A stretch of DNA of 40,466 bases from a virus. Its lineage: Duplodnaviria > Caudoviricetes. Position 1 is the stretch's first letter, and every line of letters starts with the position of its first letter. The stretch spans positions 1-40,466 of the IMG/VR virus record IMGVR_UViG_3300049730_000275; one strand, given 5' to 3'. Below the pieces are notes generated by a model. It was not told the origin of the DNA. It did no database searches and saw nothing but the letters and a program-made list of their open reading frames with translations. This document shows positions 34,545 to 40,466 of the stretch, piece after piece. The position numbers and the translations under genes are program-made.

Positions 34545-34886
34545 TCACGCCACCCGATCGCGCCGCCGGCTGTTGCAGCGCAAACATAACACTCTGCAAT
34601 TTGCCCGCGTCGCCGACCCGCCGTGGCTCGCCGGCACGATGTGGTCGCCGGTGAGCGGGTTATCGGTCGTGCCGGTGGTGCCACACCAGCTGCACCACGG
34701 TTGGCGCTTGAGCGCTGCTGCGACGACACGCCTCCACGCGCCGGTGTAGCCGCGCTCGGTGGACGTGCCCCGCCGCCCGGTATCGGTGCGCCACTGCGCG
34801 GCGCGGCACACCCGACAGCGCTGGCCGCCGGGCACCACCGCCCGGCAGGTAGGACAGACGCGCGCCGCACGCACCGCTGCCGTCAC
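34545..34886 (-). CDS. Terminase-associated HNH endonuclease (HK97 gp74-like)
   Basis: RGY..AW..CSWC..DHIVP..GG..NCRVLCLRCNSRR, immediately before terS. Confidence 0.88.
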   Translation of the reverse strand: MTAAVRAARVCPTCRAVVPGGQRCRVCRAAQWRTDTGRRGTSTERGYTGAWRRVVAAALKRQPWCSWCGTTGTTDNPLTGDHIVPASHGGSATRANCRVLCLRCNSRRRDRVA

Positions 34887-34942
34887 GCCAACGCCCCCAC
34901 GATCTCAATCTGGAGGTGCGCGTCGTTTGGTACGCTGTAGGC

Positions 34943-35482
34943 ATGAGAGACATGCGGATCGAGCGCCGGTGCGCAACCTGCGGTGGCCCATTCCTCGTTT
35001 CGCCATCCCGCCTGGCGCAACCGAATGGGGGCCGCTTCTGCTCGGTGCGCTGCCGCGGCGCTGCCCGCAAGGGCGTCCGCCTGGGAGAACGCTCGTCGCA
35101 GTGGAGGGGAGGAAAGGTTACCCGCCCCTGCGCTACCTGTGGCCGGGCGATTACCCGTTTCCCATCCAGGCTCAGGAGAGGACCAGCGTGGTACTGCTCG
35201 CACGCGTGCGCCAGCACACGGCGGGGTGCGGAGGCCAATCCGTGGAAGGGTGGGAGGTACATCAGGAAGGACGGGTACGTCCGCATCACCTTGCCCGATG
35301 GCCGAAAGGTGCTCGAACACCGCCACGTGGTGGAGCAACGGATTGGGCGCCCGCTGCTGGCCGGCGAGCACATCCACCACCGGAATGGCGACAAGGCCGA
35401 CAACCGGGATGAGAACCTGGCGGTCCTGACCAACAGAGAACATCGATTGCTGCATGTCAGGCAAGCTGGTCGACAATCCTGA
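34943..35482 (+). CDS. Antisense-inserted HNH homing endonuclease 3
   Basis: Two CxxC..CSxxC fingers, NPWKGG, GYV, EHRHV, IHHRNGDKADNRDENL; extended -10 TGgTACGCT at 34928-34936, 6 nt before ATG (leaderless). Confidence 0.9.
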   Translation: MRDMRIERRCATCGGPFLVSPSRLAQPNGGRFCSVRCRGAARKGVRLGERSSQWRGGKVTRPCATCGRAITRFPSRLRRGPAWYCSHACASTRRGAEANPWKGGRYIRKDGYVRITLPDGRKVLEHRHVVEQRIGRPLLAGEHIHHRNGDKADNRDENLAVLTNREHRLLHVRQAGRQS

Positions 35483-35798
35483 GTGTGAGATAGGAGTCGT
35501 TCGGAAACGACTCCTGGCCCGCCTCCCACGTGGCCGTAAATTCGCCCCAGAACACGCCCGCCGTCGTGGTATCGGCCGGTAGCCAGTCGTAGCGCACGCG
35601 CCCGCTGGTCGCGTCGTCGTCGATCACACACGGCCGCCGGTCGATAATCGGCTCGGCACCGGGCGGCGCCTGCTCGGGCACCATCGTGAACACGACGGCG
35701 GCGCCGGTGAGGTCGACGGCGTTGCCGTCGGCGTCTTGCAGCGTGACTCGCAAGCTCGGCAACGCGTCGCCCTGTTTCATCCATATGTCGGCAGCCAT
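35457..35798 (-). CDS. BppU-like Ig-fold virion protein
   Basis: KQGD..VTLQD..AVDLTGA..GRVRYDW..DT..AG.F.GEF. Confidence 0.78.
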   Translation of the reverse strand: MAADIWMKQGDALPSLRVTLQDADGNAVDLTGAAVVFTMVPEQAPPGAEPIIDRRPCVIDDDATSGRVRYDWLPADTTTAGVFWGEFTATWEAGQESFPNDSYLTLRIVDQLA

Positions 35799-36080
35799 CT
35801 ACCGTGCCCTCCCGTGCTGCATCCCGCCCGGTGGCTCGGTCTGTACCCGCGTACGGCGCGTGCCGCTGAGCACGACACCAGTAGCCGACGCTGCGGCGAG
35901 CACGGCGCTGTGCCGGCTACCGTCGAGCGCCACGCGCGTCGGCGTCACGATGTCGGCGCCCGGCGGAAGGTCCGCTATCCAGACCAGTTCGTACCACGTG
36001 AGGCCCGTCGCGTGGAGTTCCCCCCACGTCAGGCCACTCTCGTGCATGCCCCGCCACGAGCCGTAGCGAAGCGTCGGCAT
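35799..36080 (-). CDS. Small virion-associated protein with TW.EL repeats
   Basis: GLTWGEL / GLTWYEL; abuts both neighbours. Confidence 0.55.
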   Translation of the reverse strand: MPTLRYGSWRGMHESGLTWGELHATGLTWYELVWIADLPPGADIVTPTRVALDGSRHSAVLAAASATGVVLSGTRRTRVQTEPPGGMQHGRAR

Positions 36081-36082
36081 CG

Positions 36083-36355
36083 CTACCGCCCTCCCCTCGA
36101 TGGCCCGCCGTTTACCGCTGCTTGGGCAACTCGCGGCACCACGTCGCCGTCATCGGGCCGGAATTGGAGCGGACCGGCCAGCCACGGTGCCCGCGGCAGC
36201 AGCGCCAACGCGTAGCCGCGCCAGAGCGCCGCGCCGACCTCCGTCCGGAGCGCGATCTGGATGAGGCTCGCCGAGAGCTGCGCCGGCAGCGGCACGGCGA
36301 CCGTCTCGCCGCGCCTTTCCTCGGCGAGGTCGATACCTGGGGCCGTATCGTTCAT
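36083..36355 (-). CDS. Small hypothetical protein
   Basis: AAGGAG immediately upstream of ATG at 36355; fills the gap. Confidence 0.5.
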   Translation of the reverse strand: MNDTAPGIDLAEERRGETVAVPLPAQLSASLIQIALRTEVGAALWRGYALALLPRAPWLAGPLQFRPDDGDVVPRVAQAAVNGGPSRGGR

Positions 36356-36360
36356 CTCCT

Positions 36361-38628
36361 TCAACTCATCCCGTAGAGGGCGCACCAGCTCCCGGCGGCG
36401 AGGTTCCCCGAGTTGGCCGAGACCGTCAGTTGGGTGATCGCCGCCGTACTGCGCCAGTGGGACATGACCAGCCCGGCACCCATCCCGCTCGACGAGGCCG
36501 CCGTCTTCTGCCCGAACTCGCAGCGCGCCGTCTTGTGGAAGGTCGTCGCCGCGTAGCGCAGCAGCTCGACGCGGGCTGTACTGGTGGCCCCGGACGCGGC
36601 GCCGCTCAAGGGGATATCCCCCATCCCCATGCCGGTGGCCGCGGCGATCCCTCCGGTGGCGGCCGTGCTGCTGCTGCCGGTGAAATACTGGAAATCGTAG
36701 TTGGCCGCCGAGTCCCCGTTCGCCCGCAGGGTCAGGCCGGTAACGCCCGATCCCGCCCCGGTGGAGCGCCCATTGAAGAGCAGGACCAGGGCGCTAAACG
36801 TCTGGGGGATAGAGGTAAAGCTCACGCTCGCGGTATCGGCGCCGAGAGCCTGCTCGGCGATCTTGGTGAGCCCCCCCGCCCACTTGACGCCGAGGCTCTG
36901 CGTGCTATCGGCGGTCAGGACGTGGCCATCCGTGCCCACGGCGAGGCGCCCGATCGCGTCGGCCGCACTGGCCGCGAACAGGTCGCCCTTGGCGTCGGCC
37001 AGCGGGTCGGTGGCGAGGCCGCCGGCGGCCGGCGCCTCGGCCCGCCACTTGGCGGCCCCGCTGTTGTAGGTGAGCACGTCGCCGTTGGCCGGCGTGTCGG
37101 CGGCGTCGACGTCGGGATGGTCGGCGGCGAAGAGGTTATGCGCCTGGGCGTGGTGGGCGTTGGGGAGGGCGGCGTGCGCCGTAACCGGGTTGGCCACCCA
37201 CCTGATGCCCGCCGCCTGGGCGCTATCGGCGCTGAGAAATTGCCCGTTGCTACCCACGGCCACCCGCGCCGCAGTGTCCGCCCCGGTGCCCGCCGCCAGG
37301 TCGCCCTTGGCGTCCCAAATCGTGTCCGTGGCCACGTCACCGCCGCCACCGGCACCCCCGGCGCCGACGTTAATCACCATCGTCACCGGTCCAGCGTTGG
37401 CGATCGCGCTGCCCTGCGTGCCGTCTTGCGTCACGCTCATCGACCACCAGCCGGTATTGTTCGTCGGCGTCGCCGTCAACCGCAGCCGGGCGTACCGGGT
37501 GTGGTCGTTTTTCTGCTGGACGTACAGCGTGTCGCCCTCGAGCAGCGAGCCGAATACCGGCGCGGCGTCGACCCCGTCGTTGGTGAGCGTATCGATGGCC
37601 AGCGTGCCCGCCGTGGCCAGGTTGCCGGTGTTGCAGCGGATGTTCCCCTGGCCGGGATCGGCCAAGGTCGTGTTGGTCGAGAAGTAGAACTGCCCGTGCA
37701 GCGGCCACTCCGACGCGCCCGGCGAGTAGAAGCCGTCCACGCGCCACTCGAAGACGTTGCCGGCGTCACCCGACACGGCCACCGGACTGCCGGCCACCGT
37801 GAGCGTGTCCGCCAGATCGGCCGCAAGCGCGTTGAGCACGCGGAAGCGGTTGGATGCCGTGCCCAGGTAGCCCTCGCCGTCGACGGTGGGCAGGAACGTC
37901 TGGTCGCCCACCACGTAGAGGGGATCCTGCAGGTACGTGGTGCTGTCCAGCACCAGGCCGCCCTCCGCGTGAATCTCGTTCTCGTAGGTGGTGATCCCGG
38001 AGAGAGTCTGATCGGCAGTAAGACTGGCGTAGCGCAAATCGGCCGCGGCCGCAGTGAGCGCGCCCACGTCGGCCGCGTCGAGCAGCACAGTGCCGGTTTG
38101 GCCGTTGACGCTCGATACGCCGGTAACGGTGCCGCCGACCAGGTACCAGTTGGCGAGCGTGGTCGGCGGCGCGGCGCCCAGAATGTAGGTTTCGTTGCTG
38201 TCGCTGCGGATGGCCACGTCGCCGACTTGCGCCGACAGCGCCAGCATGGCGGCCTGCGACGTGACGACGTAGGTATCGGTAATGGCCAGCGGCGGCAGAT
38301 GCACGCTCGGAATGAACCCACCGGCATCGAGCGGCGCGTACCCATCGGCTTGCCCCCTGGCGCTGAGCGCTTGGTACGCAGCCAGGTCGGCATCGGTGGC
38401 GTATTGCGGATGCGGGTTGGTGCCCGGTTGGTGCGACACCGGCAGGTAGCGCAGATCGGCCGCGTCGAGAGTCAGATACCCGCCGTCGTTAGCTGGGTCG
38501 TTGAGCCAGGCCGGCACGCCCGCGTCGACGTCGAGCAGGGCGTCGTCGATCTGCCGCCAGTCGTTGACGGCGTCACCGTCGAGCAAGCGGATGCCCAGAT
38601 TCGGCGTGAGCGGCGGGTAGATGGTCAT
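36361..38628 (-). CDS. Mosaic fibre protein (755 aa)
   Basis: NPHPQY, VSSVNGQTG, two DAKGDL..R.AVG..G..L.ADS modules; C-terminal VSFTSIPQTF..WRSTAAIT..LYG tip. Confidence 0.85.
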   Translation of the reverse strand: MTIYPPLTPNLGIRLLDGDAVNDWRQIDDALLDVDAGVPAWLNDPANDGGYLTLDAADLRYLPVSHQPGTNPHPQYATDADLAAYQALSARGQADGYAPLDAGGFIPSVHLPPLAITDTYVVTSQAAMLALSAQVGDVAIRSDSNETYILGAAPPTTLANWYLVGGTVTGVSSVNGQTGTVLLDAADVGALTAAAADLRYASLTADQTLSGITTYENEIHAEGGLVLDSTTYLQDPLYVVGDQTFLPTVDGEGYLGTASNRFRVLNALAADLADTLTVAGSPVAVSGDAGNVFEWRVDGFYSPGASEWPLHGQFYFSTNTTLADPGQGNIRCNTGNLATAGTLAIDTLTNDGVDAAPVFGSLLEGDTLYVQQKNDHTRYARLRLTATPTNNTGWWSMSVTQDGTQGSAIANAGPVTMVINVGAGGAGGGGDVATDTIWDAKGDLAAGTGADTAARVAVGSNGQFLSADSAQAAGIRWVANPVTAHAALPNAHHAQAHNLFAADHPDVDAADTPANGDVLTYNSGAAKWRAEAPAAGGLATDPLADAKGDLFAASAADAIGRLAVGTDGHVLTADSTQSLGVKWAGGLTKIAEQALGADTASVSFTSIPQTFSALVLLFNGRSTGAGSGVTGLTLRANGDSAANYDFQYFTGSSSTAATGGIAAATGMGMGDIPLSGAASGATSTARVELLRYAATTFHKTARCEFGQKTAASSSGMGAGLVMSHWRSTAAITQLTVSANSGNLAAGSWCALYGMS

Positions 38629-38696
38629 CGGCGGCCGGTCTCGAGGCAGGAGTATAGGCGCCGGCGGGCAACCCGAACTCGACCATCTACCGGCAC

Positions 38697-38927
38697 GGGG
38701 TAGCCGCGGTAGCCGCGGTAGCCGCGGTTTCTTGAATCGTTACCCCTTCTACCTCTGTCCCTCCCGCCTCCCATCTCCCTCGCTTCCTCCCGCGTGCGAC
38801 AGTGGAGAAAAGTTTTCAAAAAACCGCGGCTACCGCGGCTACCCCGACTATTTCCAGGAGTGGACCGGTGCCCGCGGCCCCCCAAACCGCGGCTACAACC
38901 CCGCTAAAACCGCGGCTACCCCGACTA
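38697..38927. repeat. Direct and inverted (A)CCGCGGCTA(C) repeats, candidate replication origin
   Basis: (tagccgcgg)x3 at 38701-38727; inverse copies at 38821-38845, 38884-38896 and 38907-38927; pyrimidine-skewed spacer and an AT patch lie between. Confidence 0.8.
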
Positions 38928-38958
38928 CTCGCCAATCGATCGCCGCGCTCACCGCCGA

Positions 38959-40466
38959 CTACGGACTGACTGGTTGCGCAACCGGTTGCGCGAGCGCCAG
39001 GCCATCATAGTGCCACTCCTGCCGGTTGCCAATAACGTGCCTCGTCAGCGCCAACTTGGGCCGTAACCGCTTCACGGCCAGCCCAAACGCGGTGTCGCTG
39101 GGCACCGGTCGACCCTCGCGCCGGCAGGCCTGTTGGTAGGCCACGCGCACCAGCCGGCAGGGCGTGGACGCCGCTGGGTCGTCGCGCGTTTCGGCATCCA
39201 GCCAGATCGCAACGGGGTCCGTGGTAGCCCGGAATTCGAGCCACGCGGCGCGCATGCTCGGCGTTTCGGCGATGCCCCGCACCTGCACCGCCGACAGCAC
39301 GTCGAGTGCCCGGTTGAGCACCCCCGACAGCTCATGGGGGTCAGCCAGCTCGGCGTCCAGCGTCTCGCGTGGCCGGGTGCCGGCCACGCCGGGCTCGAAC
39401 TGGCGCTCGAAGGGCAGCACCAGCCAACGTCGAAAGAACGCGTGGCTACTATCGTTGCTGCGGGGCAGGTGGTTGGCGCTGAACACCAGCCGACAAAAGG
39501 GGTACAGGTCCCACTGGCGGCCGTACTTGACCTCGGCGTGCACGCTATCGTCGCCGTCCGTCAGCGCCTTAAACACGCTGGTCGACGCTAGGTGCTCGCT
39601 GGGCAGATCGGGGCAGATATTGGCCAATTTTCCCTGGAGCCGGGCCGCCGCGAAGCGATCCGCTTCCAGCCGGTGCAGGCTGATCCCGGCAGTGTTCTGG
39701 CGACCCAGCAGCGCCCGGTAGGCGCGTAGCATGGTGGATTTCCCGTTGGCGCCCTCGCCGGTGAGCAGGACGGCCTGCTGCACGCTTTTGGTGGGGCACA
39801 GCAGCAGCGCGGCCAGCTGCCACGGCACGCCGGCGGCCACGCAGTCGGCCGGCCACACCTCGCCAACGAAGCGCTCCCAGGCGGGACAGGTGGCTTGCGG
39901 GTCGTAGCGGATGGGCAGCTGGATGGTGGTGCGGTAGTCCGGATCGTGCGGACGCAGCACACGCGTGGGCCAGTCGAGCAGCCCGTTGCGCACGTTCAGC
40001 ACGCCCCAACGGGGGCGCTCTTCGAGCTCGGGCGCGTCGATCGCCAGACGGTTGGCCGCTTCGGTGACGAGCTGGCTGGTCCACAGGCCGGGTAGCTTCC
40101 AGCCGTCAAGCAACGCTGTAATACGCTGGCCCAGGGAGCGGTGCGCGCGGTCGCCGTAGACGCCGGCACGGTACAGGTACAGGGTGTCGCTGGCGTCGAC
40201 GGCGAACCGCTCGCTGGACGCCAACGCCTCGACACAGCGCCACACCAGCCAGCTGCCGCCCCGTGCCGGCGGCGTGCTGGTCGCGGTGCTACCGGTTCCA
40301 CTGCCGGTACCGCTGCTCCCGCCGCCAGGAGATCCGGCAGCAGCACCCGGCGGCCCGGTTTGTGCGCCAGTCGCTGCCATTTGTATGACAATTGAGTCGG
40401 CTTCTAAACCGGGCCGCGGCCCGGTTTGTGGGGCAGGCGGCCCGGTTTGTGACGCGCGTAAACCGG
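38959..40466 (-). CDS. Primase-helicase, C-terminal half: D5/P4-family SF3 helicase
   Basis: D5_N-like LNVRNGLLD..PHDP; Walker A GEGANGKS; Walker B ANICPD; motif C FSANHLP. The frame is open from 40465 (GLRASQTGPP..LEADSIVIQM). Confidence 0.94.
   Translation of the reverse strand, partial: GLRASQTGPPAPQTGPRPGLEADSIVIQMAATGAQTGPPGAAAGSPGGGSSGTGSGTGSTATSTPPARGGSWLVWRCVEALASSERFAVDASDTLYLYRAGVYGDRAHRSLGQRITALLDGWKLPGLWTSQLVTEAANRLAIDAPELEERPRWGVLNVRNGLLDWPTRVLRPHDPDYRTTIQLPIRYDPQATCPAWERFVGEVWPADCVAAGVPWQLAALLLCPTKSVQQAVLLTGEGANGKSTMLRAYRALLGRQNTAGISLHRLEADRFAAARLQGKLANICPDLPSEHLASTSVFKALTDGDDSVHAEVKYGRQWDLYPFCRLVFSANHLPRSNDSSHAFFRRWLVLPFERQFEPGVAGTRPRETLDAELADPHELSGVLNRALDVLSAVQVRGIAETPSMRAAWLEFRATTDPVAIWLDAETRDDPAASTPCRLVRVAYQQACRREGRPVPSDTAFGLAVKRLRPKLALTRHVIGNRQEWHYDGLALAQPVAQPVSP
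40400..40466. repeat. Other end of the 54-bp array
   Basis: Identical to 68-134; one extra isolated ggcccggtttgtg near 40352. Confidence 0.95.

Larger units (their letters stand above)
1..40466. mobile_element. Temperate siphovirus-like phage genome, apparently excised/circular form, opened inside a tandem repeat
   Basis: Lysogeny, replication, packaging, head and tail modules are all present and no host genes are seen. 40400-40466 is identical to 68-134. One reading frame continues across the junction. Putative integrase arm sites flank attP on both sides. Confidence 0.93.

Noticed and set aside
16482-38628. Diversity-generating retroelement or invertible tail-fibre switch
   Set aside because: No reverse transcriptase, no TR/VR pair and no serine invertase noticed; the fibre repeats are diverged protein modules.
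38625-38885. 86-aa ORF across the origin-like repeats, ATGA-overlapping the fibre start
   Set aside because: TTG start without an RBS, a low-complexity repeat translation, and in-frame stops upstream, so it is not a helicase extension. A coupling role cannot be fully excluded.

Overview
The window looks like a near-complete, circularly opened genome of a high-GC temperate long-tailed (HK97-like) phage of about 40.5 kb. Both ends break inside one 54-bp tandem array. That array lies in-frame within a single primase-SF3 helicase gene (1344->1, continuing 40466->38959), whose primase half is absent from the ORF track. Almost all genes are on the minus strand in one tightly coupled chain. The early part runs cro, xis, SSB-like, ERCC4/XPF nuclease, two XRE proteins, HNH, RecT-like, SLT, HNH, Cas4/RecB-like exonuclease, a PD-(D/E)XK + MTase pair, J-domain, wHTH, vWA and primase-helicase. 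The late part runs an orphan fibre/BppU module, packaging HNH, TerS, TerL, portal, S49 protease, capsid, neck, tail tube, a -1 frameshifted chaperone, tape measure and tail tip/RBP, ending at an intact attP. Only the cI-like repressor, the tyrosine integrase and one inserted HNH are on the plus strand. The most notable observations are: (1) free-standing HNH cassettes that appear to replace the 5' end of their neighbour gene with a recoded copy, leaving the old RecT N-terminus as a mini-ORF; (2) an antisense HNH spanned by a coupled bridge ORF; (3) a palindromic, helically phased repeat array inside the primase-helicase next to a Zn-finger/HTH; (4) a J-domain/wHTH/vWA module; (5) no canonical late endolysin. 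A Chloroflexota-like host is an inference only. All calls come from reading motifs by eye; no searches were run.
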